DNA of 64,000 nucleotides. It comes from Pseudomonadota bacterium (lineage in GTDB: Bacteria; Bdellovibrionota; Bdellovibrionia; Bdellovibrionales; Bdellovibrionaceae). The DNA lies in contig JBEGVH010000016.1 of NCBI GenBank assembly GCA_041178425.1, positions 64,001 to 128,000 of the forward strand, in the 5' to 3' direction. A program made the position numbers and the translations under genes. Of the stretch, positions 8,111-18,291 are shown in pieces. Every line of letters starts with the position of its first letter. Position 1 is the first letter of the stretch. Under the pieces are notes generated by a model. That model worked only from the letters and a program-made list of their open reading frames with translations. It was not told the DNA's origin and ran no database searches.

Positions 8111-10870
8111 ATGCTTTTGAGATCAAGACATTTTATTCTCTCTTCAGTTGCTTTCTTGCTGGTATTAACAGCGGGATGTGACGGAGCAAAACAGGGTCGA
8201 CCTGCATTTCGAGTTCGAACCGCTGAAAAAGCCAAGTCCAATCATAAGGTCGAAGCTAAAGAAAAAACCGAAGAAAGCTTCAAGGTAGAACAGAAACCAT
8301 CAGTTCCTGTTACACCACGACCAAGCCTTCCTCCACCGATAACGGAAAAATCAAAAGTAGTCTTTAAGGCTAATCAGGCAGAGATATCGATTGCCAAAAT
8401 TGCTCTCGATAAGGAGTTTTTGCTTCAAGGCGTTTTAATTCCTCAAGATGGCGTTGCCATGGGAAAATCTATCAAGAGCCGCGTGATAGCATTTCACATT
8501 CGTGGAAAATCCTTAATAATGCTCGAGGCGACCCATGGCCATAGCATCAACTCTGACTTTTCTCAAAAATTGGTTCTGGCAACCTTCAACATCCTAAAAC
8601 AAGACGACGACTTCATTACTTTTGATTTCAATGCTGGTATGTCGAAACTCATGGCTCTTCGTGACTGGTATGCAAAAGACATTGAGGGCCAAAACTATTC
8701 TACAGAAAAACAGTTCGCTGCCTCTCAGGTCCTCAATAGTTACATTGAAGAGGCACAAATAGATAATTCAAATCAGCTGGTCATTCGCCAAATAAGTTTA
8801 ATGAATGCTACGCAGACCAGTAAAGAACTAGGATCCATAAGGATTCCTGTTGAAGTAAAATACTATCTAAGCCCCTACCGACCAACCGAGAGCTACCGAC
8901 CTTACGAGTCTCCCCGCCGTTTTGATCAAATGGGCTTTTTTGAAATTAACCCTCAGCTTAATAAATCGGGAATGACAGTTACCTTAGCTTCTCGCTTCAA
9001 CCCTGAAAAACCAATTGTTTTTGCGATTTCTGCAAATACTCCTCCTGATTTTAGAAAGGCCGTCCAAGATGGAATTCTCTATTGGAACAAAGCTTTCGGT
9101 AAAGAAATCGTTCAAGCTATCATCGCACCCGAGCATGTTCGCGCTCCAGATATTAACTACAATGTGGTTCAATGGGTGACTCATGATAACGCCGGCTCCG
9201 CTTATGCCGACGGCCAAATGGACCCACGCACGGGAGAAATCCTTCATGCGCAGGTTTACTTGACGAGTGCTTTTGCTTTTGGTGGCAAGAATAAAGCTCG
9301 TGAAACTCTTCGCAAGTTAACGTTGACCCCAGACCTCTCGACGCCCGAGTCTTTATCACCCTTTCTCAAGGGCCTGAACAAAGAGGAATGGTGCAATCTT
9401 GAGTACCGAGAATCCCTAGCAAAAGCTTTAGAAAACGTTATCAATCAGAATCTCGAAGATGATAAGGTTTTGAAAGTCTCACAGGATTACGTGAGAGAAG
9501 TGGTTGCTCATGAGATTGGTCATACCCTTGGTCTTCGACATAACTTTGCCGGTACGTTGGCTGCAAGCTACAAAGCAGCAGACCGCCAAAAATTATTTAA
9601 GGACTACTTAAATAATGGAAAAGCGAACACTGACTACACCTATTCGAGCTCGGTCATGGATTACCACCGCCTTGAAGAATCAGCCATTTTGGGTAACCTG
9701 ATTGAACTTGATCCGAAACCCTTAAGCTATGATTTAAAAGCTATTCGCAAACTTTATTTTGATGAAGATCTAAAGCTCAATCCGAATCCATTATTTTGTA
9801 CCGACTCTCATGCCGATATTGAAGGGTTTGTCGATTGCCAACGATTTGATTTTGGTTCATCACCACTTGAGTACGCCCATTGGAAAATCGAAACCAGCAT
9901 TAATGAGCTGCCACAAAGCCTTATCGAAAAATACATTCGTAATAAAACAGACTCGCTAGCGAAACCTTATCTAATTGAACAAGTTCCTCTCGAACCAACT
10001 CCTAAATTAGCAGATACTCTTTTACAGCCTTTATCGGACACCATGAAACTACTCACCTCGGATCGAGCGCTTCTCAAGGTTGAAAGAAACTTCGAAGAAG
10101 TGGATGAACGAACTGAAGATCAATTGCAAGATGCTTATGACAGCTATATCGAAACTGAGGTCTCGCGACTAGGCGGCCTCAATTCATTAATCAACGTGCT
10201 ACCGCCACATTTTTCAGAAAAAACAAAGTCGAGAATTGAAGCCGCTCTCAACAGCCCTTCCTATCGCGAGGGCTTTGGTTATGGCGGAACACCTTTTTCT
10301 ATGACCGGCCAAGAAATATCGCAAATTAAGAGAGATTTGTTTATTTATGTCGAAAAACTCGAAAAAAGCTTGATTAAAAGCGAACTCAAGAAAATAAGAA
10401 CAACGGAATTTAACCGCGATGTAAATTCAAAATCTTCTCTTATTCGCAACAACCCAGTGTCTTTGGAGCTCGCTCAGGTACTTGCTAGAAAAATGGAAAA
10501 ATATATTCTATCGACGAGCGGTACTGTTATTGAAACCGATCTCACCAAAGATAAATATATTAGCAAAGTAAAAATACCTCTTTTTGTTCTTACTGCTGCT
10601 GAAAAAGTTTACGAGACAATCCCCGTTAAACTTCCGGTTTTTTCATATTCAACTGACATTAGGGAACTCGCTGCAACCCTCCTCAATGAGGGCAGGGGTG
10701 AAGATGTCGCATGGGGCAGCGAAGAGAAATTTCAAATCATTGGTAAGCTCAATCGTCTTCTCGAAGAATCACTGACCGTGCCACTAGAAACAATTGAACC
10801 ATCGAAGCAAAATAAAACGGTTTTTCGCTGGATTGCGGAAAACAAGAAAGTAAAACAATCTTTTAAATAA
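8111..10870 (+). CDS. Lipoprotein Met-zincin metalloprotease (DUF4953/DUF5117-like)
   Basis: Lipobox TAGC; DPRTGEI, HEIGHTLGLRHNF and Met-turn SSVMDY. Confidence 0.85.
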   Translation: MLLRSRHFILSSVAFLLVLTAGCDGAKQGRPAFRVRTAEKAKSNHKVEAKEKTEESFKVEQKPSVPVTPRPSLPPPITEKSKVVFKANQAEISIAKIALDKEFLLQGVLIPQDGVAMGKSIKSRVIAFHIRGKSLIMLEATHGHSINSDFSQKLVLATFNILKQDDDFITFDFNAGMSKLMALRDWYAKDIEGQNYSTEKQFAASQVLNSYIEEAQIDNSNQLVIRQISLMNATQTSKELGSIRIPVEVKYYLSPYRPTESYRPYESPRRFDQMGFFEINPQLNKSGMTVTLASRFNPEKPIVFAISANTPPDFRKAVQDGILYWNKAFGKEIVQAIIAPEHVRAPDINYNVVQWVTHDNAGSAYADGQMDPRTGEILHAQVYLTSAFAFGGKNKARETLRKLTLTPDLSTPESLSPFLKGLNKEEWCNLEYRESLAKALENVINQNLEDDKVLKVSQDYVREVVAHEIGHTLGLRHNFAGTLAASYKAADRQKLFKDYLNNGKANTDYTYSSSVMDYHRLEESAILGNLIELDPKPLSYDLKAIRKLYFDEDLKLNPNPLFCTDSHADIEGFVDCQRFDFGSSPLEYAHWKIETSINELPQSLIEKYIRNKTDSLAKPYLIEQVPLEPTPKLADTLLQPLSDTMKLLTSDRALLKVERNFEEVDERTEDQLQDAYDSYIETEVSRLGGLNSLINVLPPHFSEKTKSRIEAALNSPSYREGFGYGGTPFSMTGQEISQIKRDLFIYVEKLEKSLIKSELKKIRTTEFNRDVNSKSSLIRNNPVSLELAQVLARKMEKYILSTSGTVIETDLTKDKYISKVKIPLFVLTAAEKVYETIPVKLPVFSYSTDIRELAATLLNEGRGEDVAWGSEEKFQIIGKLNRLLEESLTVPLETIEPSKQNKTVFRWIAENKKVKQSFK

Positions 10871-10899
10871 CATTTTTCGATCCGCGTTTGATCGAACCC

Positions 10900-10942
10900 A
10901 AAAGGGAGACGGCATTATCTGCCCTCTCCCTTTTTTCTTTTT
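10900..10942. terminator. Intrinsic terminator, usable in both directions
   Basis: AAAAGGGAGACGGCA-ttatc-TGCCCTCTCCCTTTTTT. Confidence 0.8.
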
Positions 10943-10955
10943 ATGTATAAACAAC

Positions 10956-11035
10956 GAAGAGACGAAGACTAAGTACCGACGAATCATTGGCCTCGCTTTG
11001 CCGCCACCAAATCCACTGACTAAATTTCGTTCTCC
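10956..11035 (-). ncRNA. Candidate structured RNA or MITE-like rod hairpin
   Basis: 80-nt imperfect hairpin with several G:U pairs that form only on the minus strand, flanked by TGTATAAAC direct repeats. Confidence 0.3.
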
Positions 11036-11119
11036 TGTATAAACTTCGGCAACAAATCCCAATGTGAGACATTTTAAAAATTCTAATCCTGCTTAAATTT
11101 GTTCTGGTAAAGACGCGAA

Positions 11120-11135
11120 AGGCCCTCAACTTGCA
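11120..11135 (+). promoter_or_regulatory. Possible sigma-54 promoter
   Basis: AGGCCCTCAACTTGCA (GG-N10-GC with TTGCA), about 50 bp upstream of the 11184 ATG. Confidence 0.4.
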
Positions 11136-11183
11136 TCCCCATGTATTAAAGAAGGTACTGTCGAAATTTTCGGGGAGGTTAAA

Positions 11184-11957
11184 ATGAACCTAGCAAAGTT
11201 AATAGGCATATTCCTGTTCCCCGTTCTTTCGTGGGGGATCTCAAGTAAATATCCTCTCACCCCTCTCGACTTAAAGAGTTTGGCCAAGCTATCCTCTCAA
11301 AGCTTTCGTATCGATGTCGATCCTTCTGGAAAAATTCGCCTTAATGGACGATGGCCAAATGTTTGCGCTAAGACTTCTGCGATTGGGAGTCAGAGAAGTC
11401 AAAATGGTTTAGGCATTATAATCAATGTTACTGATGAATGTTTAAATCTATTAAAACTAAGCCCGGCTCAAATTGCTAAACTCCCCCAAAGTTCGATGAA
11501 AAAAATAATCGAGGGACAACTTTTGAAATCAAAAGAATCAGTTTTCATTAAGAGCACCAAGCCAAAACTGGATCTTACCTTTAACTACGAGGATGTAGAA
11601 AAGATGAAAGCCAAAGAAAATCTTTTTTCTGTTCATCCTGCTATCGATGCAGACAATGATCAGGCAAGAAAAAATCTTTACACTGAACCCAAACGGCCCA
11701 CCAATGAATTCGACAGTTCAATTAACTATAGAGGCTGCAAACCAAATGATTATGGCGTGACAGACCCCGAAGTCTGCAGAGACCGCCACGGTATTGATCT
11801 CAACGCTGATATTCCACTCGGCCCAGGTTCAAAAATCGTGGGAACGACTCGTTTTGATTTTGTTCTGCCTAACCGATTACAAGATAGCTTTGCAGATAAC
11901 TTAGGGGTGAACGTTCAATTTGTTCACGAAATTAGTGGGTCCGTTGGTAGTCAATAG
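11184..11957 (+). CDS. Hypothetical secreted protein
   Basis: GGAGG RBS, signal peptide, four Cys; no family recognised. Confidence 0.7.
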   Translation: MNLAKLIGIFLFPVLSWGISSKYPLTPLDLKSLAKLSSQSFRIDVDPSGKIRLNGRWPNVCAKTSAIGSQRSQNGLGIIINVTDECLNLLKLSPAQIAKLPQSSMKKIIEGQLLKSKESVFIKSTKPKLDLTFNYEDVEKMKAKENLFSVHPAIDADNDQARKNLYTEPKRPTNEFDSSINYRGCKPNDYGVTDPEVCRDRHGIDLNADIPLGPGSKIVGTTRFDFVLPNRLQDSFADNLGVNVQFVHEISGSVGSQ

Positions 11958-12471
11958 TGGTTCTTTCTTTTTCCCAAACGTAAATGAGCGTTTCATCGGA
12001 GAGAGGCAGCTCCATATAAAGTCGATCGAGGACCCTTCTCATGGGAGTGACTTTCTTTTTACCAACTACCATATCTGGATCTCGATAGCATTCAAATGCG
12101 TTCTCTGGATTTACCCAGGTCACTTCATCCGTTAAGCTTGAGCCATCAAAGGTGTAGAGTCCTTTTCGCTCGCAGAAACCATGTTCGTTGAGCCTAAACC
12201 ATCGCAAAACATCTGTACCATCAGACAAAAATTCAAACGAAAGAATTAAATTAGGATTTGGGGGTGCATGAAAGACTTCATCGTAGACATATCCAATATA
12301 CTTCCAACGTCCTACCAAAAGAGCGCCCTTATCCGCGGAAAAGGCCGAAGGAGCTATTGAGAAAATCCAGAGGCCTATCAAAAGATGTCTTATAATTTTC
12401 AACCTAACCCCCAACCGTGGAATAGGACCTAGCACCCACTTTGGAAGGTCACAATTCATGGGGCGGCGCAC
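11932..12471 (-). CDS. Lipocalin-like secreted protein (true start probably further downstream)
   Basis: LVGRWKY lipocalin-like N-terminal motif, beta-rich. Confidence 0.55.
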   Translation of the reverse strand: MRRPMNCDLPKWVLGPIPRLGVRLKIIRHLLIGLWIFSIAPSAFSADKGALLVGRWKYIGYVYDEVFHAPPNPNLILSFEFLSDGTDVLRWFRLNEHGFCERKGLYTFDGSSLTDEVTWVNPENAFECYRDPDMVVGKKKVTPMRRVLDRLYMELPLSDETLIYVWEKERTTIDYQRTH

Positions 12472-12474
12472 CCT

Positions 12475-13848
12475 TTAGTTTGGCCAACCTCGGGAATCAA
12501 GAACCCCTTGAATTTTACGAATCACATCTTGGCTCATACTCATATTCGCCATCGAGTCACCGATCGCAAACCGCACATCTGCGAAAGTTGGTTGAGAGCT
12601 AAGGCGAACGATAGTTTTAAGCGCTAATTTTTGAGCTTCTTTTGCCCCAATCAACTTTTCGATATCCCAAAAGGTGCCGCTCAAAATCCCGCTATCATGA
12701 TAAATACCGCCATTTTTTTCTGAATAATGAGTGTTATTATTCACCGTTCTGGTGAACGGTCTCTTCAAAAAGGCAGTGTGGCCCATTTCGGGGTTTCCCC
12801 ACAAGGAAGCCGTCAGGTAATCTGCAAAACCTTCATTAATAGAAGCTGATTCACCCTCGGTCCCCATACCACTGAGAGAATCAATAATTGCATGGGCAAC
12901 CTCATGACTCACTATGGATGGATCGCGTGGAATTCCGCGGTAACTTAATCCATCGCCATCACCAAGACGAATGAAACCTTTGTAATAATAGGCCGTATTT
13001 ACTTTATTAGGATATCCCGCACGTAGTCCTATTTTAATTGGAAAGGGCAGACTCAAATCCCATTGAGTTTCAGCATAACTCAACATTTTCTGCGCATAAA
13101 AAAACGCCTGCACATGATCAAATCGGGGATCATCCGGTCCAAATACAAATTCACCATTTTCGGCATTTACTTTTTGCCCATCTTCACTGCTAACATAAAC
13201 CCGCGGACTACTGAGAGTTCCATCTCCCAAAAGGGGTTTTAATACCGTTTCAATAAGGTCAGAGAATCGAGGACCAATTGGAAATACAACCGATCGCCCC
13301 TCATGAAAACAAAGTTCTACTCGTCTAACAGATTCGATGGCGTAGGATGAACTGACTTTCATTGAATAAACGGCACTACTATCTTTGGGAATATATTCAA
13401 ATTTATAATACAATTGAGGATTATCTTTTGATCCACCAACGACAACTTGTGGCTCAAAAATATGACTAGCATTATTGAGTGCGAGATGTTTGCGCTTTAT
13501 TGTTTCAAGTGCCTTAAATCGCTGAAGATGCATTAGCTCTGCTTGCGGTTTTAATTTTGAAAGGTTCGCTTCGCTAAAGTTTGCATTTACAAATTGAGTT
13601 TTGCCTGAAACGTTAGAAATTTTTTGATAAAAAGACGACTCGACAGCAGCTCCACCCACTTTTTGGGTAGATCTTTCTATGATTTCATCAAAGACCTTGA
13701 GGGTAATGTCTGCGCGAGGAATATTATTTGGCTGAGCCTCTGTTTTTAGATTTTTTTGGTTAACCGACCAACGATATTTCGTTAGTTCTAGTTCCCTTTG
13801 ACAACCCAAAATAAAAAAAACGCTGACACCAAAAACAATTCTCTTCAT
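12475..13848 (-). CDS. Lipoprotein M4/M36-type metallopeptidase
   Basis: Lipobox ILGC; NTAYY, SHEVAH, INEGFAD and HDSGI motifs. Confidence 0.8.
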   Translation of the reverse strand: MKRIVFGVSVFFILGCQRELELTKYRWSVNQKNLKTEAQPNNIPRADITLKVFDEIIERSTQKVGGAAVESSFYQKISNVSGKTQFVNANFSEANLSKLKPQAELMHLQRFKALETIKRKHLALNNASHIFEPQVVVGGSKDNPQLYYKFEYIPKDSSAVYSMKVSSSYAIESVRRVELCFHEGRSVVFPIGPRFSDLIETVLKPLLGDGTLSSPRVYVSSEDGQKVNAENGEFVFGPDDPRFDHVQAFFYAQKMLSYAETQWDLSLPFPIKIGLRAGYPNKVNTAYYYKGFIRLGDGDGLSYRGIPRDPSIVSHEVAHAIIDSLSGMGTEGESASINEGFADYLTASLWGNPEMGHTAFLKRPFTRTVNNNTHYSEKNGGIYHDSGILSGTFWDIEKLIGAKEAQKLALKTIVRLSSQPTFADVRFAIGDSMANMSMSQDVIRKIQGVLDSRGWPN

Positions 13849-13929
13849 TCTTACCCCTCACCTAAGCATCAACTTAGGAAATTGCAGCGAGACTCTCCCT
13901 CCGAGCCTCACTGCAACTCTATCGGTACT

Positions 13930-14325
13930 TTACTCTTCGATTTGAATTACTTTTTCGATGTAAGTACCATCTCCATTAAGTAGTCTAACTGCATGTTTAC
14001 CAATAGACAATTTACCTAAGTGAATTTCTTTTGAGAAAGGAACCAGCACCATTAAACACATTCCCTGACTAACAGTTGCAGACGCTCGAATTTCGTGGAC
14101 GTTAGTCGAGGGGTGACGAACATCTGATTCTTTCCAACGATAACAGCCATTTGGAAACAATCCGCTCGCAACTACAAAAGTATCACTATTACTATCAAAC
14201 CCACTTGGGATAAAGGCATCACTAAATCCGACTTGAATTTCTCTCTCGTCAGCTCCTGCCTGAGCACCCTGAGAAATCATTAACGCACCTACCAATGCTA
14301 ATGCTAATCTTGCAAACGCTTTCAT
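13930..14325 (-). CDS. Hypothetical secreted Ig-like protein
   Basis: GGAGG RBS before ATG 14325, signal peptide (AQA), PNGCY...CLMVLVPF Cys pair. Confidence 0.75.
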   Translation of the reverse strand: MKAFARLALALVGALMISQGAQAGADEREIQVGFSDAFIPSGFDSNSDTFVVASGLFPNGCYRWKESDVRHPSTNVHEIRASATVSQGMCLMVLVPFSKEIHLGKLSIGKHAVRLLNGDGTYIEKVIQIEE

Positions 14326-14592
14326 TTTTCCTCCCTGTTTTTTGCCTCTGAGAACTCTCTCTTTGGCTTTCACCTATTAGGTAACACCGAGGCACTTACC
14401 CATCAAACAAGAACGGCACGACTGCTTGAGTCACTCGACCAGCCAATCGATTTTTGTGACATTATAAACAAAATTTAATTTTTTATGGGTTAAAGATTCT
14501 CATTTATGAAGTTTGAATCCCACCTCGCCCAAACATTTTGACATCTTTGAGTGAGGAGCAGACCTGTTTATACATAACCAAAAGGAGAGCTT

Positions 14593-15000
14593 ATGAAAGC
14601 AATACCCACTATCCAAAAATATATGACCCCAATGCCACATACTATTGGGAGCGATCAAAATCTAAAAAAAGCCCACGAACTTATGCGCGAATATAGAATT
14701 AGGCACTTACCGGTACTCAAAGGCGGTAAACTTGTTGGTATTCTTACCGATCGTGATCTCGCTCTTGTTGAAAGCCTTAAAGATGTAAATCCAGAAACGG
14801 TGCCTGTCGAAGATGCCTGCACTCCAGATCCGTATATTGTAAGCCCCCAATCAAAGTTGAATGACGTCTGCGACGAAATGGCAAGACACAAATATGGATC
14901 TACATTGATAGTAGATAACAATAAATTAGTCGGTGTATTTACTTGGGTTGATGCACTGAATGCGTTTAGCGATCTCTTAGAAACTCGATTAAAAGGTTAA
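14593..15000 (+). CDS. CBS-pair domain protein
   Basis: IRHLPV...LVGILTDRD and LVGVFT CBS motifs. Confidence 0.9.
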   Translation: MKAIPTIQKYMTPMPHTIGSDQNLKKAHELMREYRIRHLPVLKGGKLVGILTDRDLALVESLKDVNPETVPVEDACTPDPYIVSPQSKLNDVCDEMARHKYGSTLIVDNNKLVGVFTWVDALNAFSDLLETRLKG

Positions 15001-15001
15001 A

Positions 15002-15037
15002 AAATAAAGGCTGCTGTATTTGCAGCAGCCTTTATTT
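15002..15037. terminator. Bidirectional intrinsic terminator
   Basis: AAATAAAGGCTGCTG-tatttg-CAGCAGCCTTTATTT. Confidence 0.85.
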
Positions 15038-15050
15038 GCTTGGCGCTATT

Positions 15051-16964
15051 TTACTCAGCGTCTTCGAGATAGGTGTATCCCGATAGACCTTCCTCATAGT
15101 GCTTTATAAGAAGCTTGGCATCTTGCTTGCTCAGGTGCCCCTTCAAAATTCCGTTCTCGGTCGCCTGCCGAACCTGTTCAATTAAACTACCTCGAGAATA
15201 TTGAACATAACTCAAAACTTCTGTTACCGTATCTCCGGGAACGTATTGATCAATGGTATAACCACCCTCTGTTAAAGATACGTGGACAGCATCGGTGTCA
15301 CCAAAAAGATTATGAAGATCTCCAAGAATTTCCTGGTAGGCACCCGTCAAGAAAACGCCAACGTAGTAATTTTGTTTACCATTAAATGTATGCATATTGA
15401 GGGTTTTTCGGTACCCACCCGTTTCAACATCGATGAACTTTTCAATTTTACCGTCAGAGTCACAGGTGAGATCAGCAAGGGTCGCCATTCGCTCTGGCTT
15501 TTCTATCAATCGATGCAGCGGCATGACCGGAAACAATTGTCCTACGGCCCATGAGTCTGGCACCGACTGAAAAACAGAAAAGTTACAGAAATAGGTATCG
15601 CAAATTTCTTGCTCGAGCGCCCGGTAAATATCTTCAAATTCGTTCGGGTTCAATTTGGCGATCGCAATCATCTTGGTGGCGATTGCCCAGGCCATAGCCT
15701 CAGCTTCTGCTCGATGCTGCAAACTGAGAACTCCATAGACGAAGAGTTGAAGCGCTTCTTGTTTGATCTGAACCAAATCATTGAAGCACTCATTGAGGTT
15801 TTCGCCATTTACCTTTTCATAAATATACTGCAAATCTTGAAGTAACTTTGGATCATCTTTCTTGATGGGCCTCGGTAGCTCGTAGCGATGCAAGTCGTTC
15901 ACCCCAGTGACATTAAACACTAACACCGAGTGGTGCGCGACTAAGAAGCGCCCGGATTCCGTGACAATGTGAGGATGAGGGATTTTCTTTTCATCACACA
16001 TTGATTGAATAACAGAAATAATATCGTTGGCGTATTCTTGCTCGCTATAGTTCAAAGAACTATCGCTGCTCCCAGTACCATCATAATCAACTCCTAGGCC
16101 CCCTCCAACATCGAGATATTTAAGTCCTGTAGCGCCCATTCCGTAGATTTCGGTGAAAAAACGCCCACCCTCTTTGAGAGACGATTTAATAGCCTGAATC
16201 GAAGGAATTTGAGAGCCAATATGAAAATGCATTAGCTCCAAACAATCCAGGTATCCTTCTTTTTGAAGAAGCTCTAGCCCCTCAACGATCTCGATAGCTG
16301 TAAGCCCGAATTTTGAACGCGCGCCCGAAGAATCGACCCACTTCCCCGCCCCTTGAGTATTTAATTTTGAACGGAATCCAATTTTTGGACGAGCCCCAAG
16401 CTTTTTTGCTGCCGAAAGGATTAATTGGAGCTCATCGTAACGATCTACAACGATAATGGTATTACGACCAAGCTTTTGAGAAAGAATCGCTGTCTCGATG
16501 TATTCTGAATCTTTAAATCCGTTACAAATAATAATGGAATCTTCAGTCGTGGCCATTGCCAAGACGACCAAAAGCTCAGGCTTACTTCCGCACTCGAGAC
16601 CTAGACCAAAGCCTTTTCCATACCTCACAAGTTCCTCAACCAGTTGATGCTGCTGGTTGACTTTTATCGGGTAAACTCCTCGATAAGCTCCTTTATAGCC
16701 ATGATCTTGAATGGCCGTGGCAAAACACTGATTAATTAATTCAATGCGCGAACGGATGATATCAGGAAATCGAATCATTATGGGAACCCTGATCCCCCGA
16801 TCTCGGAGATCCTCGGTTAATTCAAAAAGATCAATGTGCCTTGGACTATTTTGATACGGAAAAATTGCTACATTGCCCTTTTCATTGATTCTAAAGTACC
16901 CCTGCCCCCATTGGTTAATGCCATACAGCTCTGCACTCTCTGAAATAGACCATGATTTAGACAT
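15051..16964 (-). CDS. speA: Biosynthetic arginine decarboxylase
   Basis: YPIKVNQ (PLP Lys), HFHIGSQ, DVGGGLGVDYDG, TCDSDG. Confidence 0.95.
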   Translation of the reverse strand: MSKSWSISESAELYGINQWGQGYFRINEKGNVAIFPYQNSPRHIDLFELTEDLRDRGIRVPIMIRFPDIIRSRIELINQCFATAIQDHGYKGAYRGVYPIKVNQQHQLVEELVRYGKGFGLGLECGSKPELLVVLAMATTEDSIIICNGFKDSEYIETAILSQKLGRNTIIVVDRYDELQLILSAAKKLGARPKIGFRSKLNTQGAGKWVDSSGARSKFGLTAIEIVEGLELLQKEGYLDCLELMHFHIGSQIPSIQAIKSSLKEGGRFFTEIYGMGATGLKYLDVGGGLGVDYDGTGSSDSSLNYSEQEYANDIISVIQSMCDEKKIPHPHIVTESGRFLVAHHSVLVFNVTGVNDLHRYELPRPIKKDDPKLLQDLQYIYEKVNGENLNECFNDLVQIKQEALQLFVYGVLSLQHRAEAEAMAWAIATKMIAIAKLNPNEFEDIYRALEQEICDTYFCNFSVFQSVPDSWAVGQLFPVMPLHRLIEKPERMATLADLTCDSDGKIEKFIDVETGGYRKTLNMHTFNGKQNYYVGVFLTGAYQEILGDLHNLFGDTDAVHVSLTEGGYTIDQYVPGDTVTEVLSYVQYSRGSLIEQVRQATENGILKGHLSKQDAKLLIKHYEEGLSGYTYLEDAE

Positions 16965-17271
16965 TAATTCTCCTACAAGCATATGAAAACAAAGATCTTT
17001 TTTAACTTAAGACTCTCTGATCTTCAGGGGGTTTAAAAGAGAACCATCAACGGCTTCTCTTTTGCCTTTCTGAACTGCACCAATTTGAAATCCTTGTAAA
17101 GTTAAAAGCTGCCATAAAGGTACAAAAATTGTCGAAGTTTCCTTCAGTTTTTCAGAAAATCTTTCATTTTACTGCAGAACTCTATCCATAGGTCGAGCTC
17201 TGTGGGGCCATAACCTAAAACTAGACGTTTTATTTCTCTCGTTTGTGCCTTTTTTCTGCGAAACTATCCTT

Positions 17272-18252
17272 ATGCTAAAGGCCGTTTTCTCAAGCACTCA
17301 ACGAAGAATCCTTGTCGTCGATGAAGACCTCGGCCTCACATCTCTTATTCGCACAACTCTGGAACACCAAGGACACGAAGTAACTGTCACAGACAATGCT
17401 CTCAGCGCGAAAGAACTCGTTCTTTCGTGGCATCCTCACCTCGTGTTAATCGATGTTCATGCACCGAGCCTGAATGGAATGGATTTGCTCACAGATTTAA
17501 GAGACTCTGAGAGCCTTTGCTCCATCATCATTATTTCGGATAAAAATTCTCCTGATGAAATTGCCGCGGGCCTGGACTCTGGGGCCGACGACTATATTTC
17601 GAAGCCTTTCGACAAAAACGAACTCGTAGCAAGAGTTCGTGCGCAACTGAGACTTCGCGACATGAACGAGCAATTACTTTCAAACAATGCTCGTTTACAA
17701 GAGCTTGTCGATATTGATGACCTCACTGGTTTACTCAATATGCGCTCAACCTTTGAACGCCTAGAGCATGAACTCATGCGCGGAAAACGTCATGAGAGAA
17801 CCGTGTGTGTTATCATGATGGACATGGATCACTTTAAAGGTGTTAACGATGGGCATGACCACCTTTTCGGAAGCTTTGTTTTATCAGAAGTAGGAAAAAT
17901 CATTCGATCATCCATTCGTAATATAGATATTGCCGCTCGCTATGGAGGCGATGAATTTCTGATGGTTCTAAGTGAAGTCGACAAAGAGGCTGCTTTTAGT
18001 TTTTGCGAAAGGCTCAGGCAAAGCGTTGAGGCTTATACTTTCAAAAGCGGATCCGACACCATGAAGCTAACAGCAAGTATTGGTTTTTCACTGACAGATC
18101 CAAAAAGGCCGGATGTCGATCCTAAGCAGCTCGTTCGAGTGGCCGATTGGGCGCTCTATGAAGCCAAAAGATCAGGCCGAAACCGTGTTTGTTTTTTCGA
18201 TCTGGCGGAGCATCCAGAATTCAGCCAGCAAACTTATAAAAAGGCCCAATAA
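17272..18252 (+). CDS. REC-GGDEF dinucleotide cyclase with Hypr signature (likely 3',3'-cGAMP synthase)
   Basis: Receiver domain, then DMDHFKGVNDGHDHLFGS (Ser in place of Asp), I-site RNID and YGGDEF. Confidence 0.85.
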   Translation: MLKAVFSSTQRRILVVDEDLGLTSLIRTTLEHQGHEVTVTDNALSAKELVLSWHPHLVLIDVHAPSLNGMDLLTDLRDSESLCSIIIISDKNSPDEIAAGLDSGADDYISKPFDKNELVARVRAQLRLRDMNEQLLSNNARLQELVDIDDLTGLLNMRSTFERLEHELMRGKRHERTVCVIMMDMDHFKGVNDGHDHLFGSFVLSEVGKIIRSSIRNIDIAARYGGDEFLMVLSEVDKEAAFSFCERLRQSVEAYTFKSGSDTMKLTASIGFSLTDPKRPDVDPKQLVRVADWALYEAKRSGRNRVCFFDLAEHPEFSQQTYKKAQ

Positions 18253-18291
18253 AGACTTTGCCACAAAGAAAACTACTGCTATTAGAAAATC

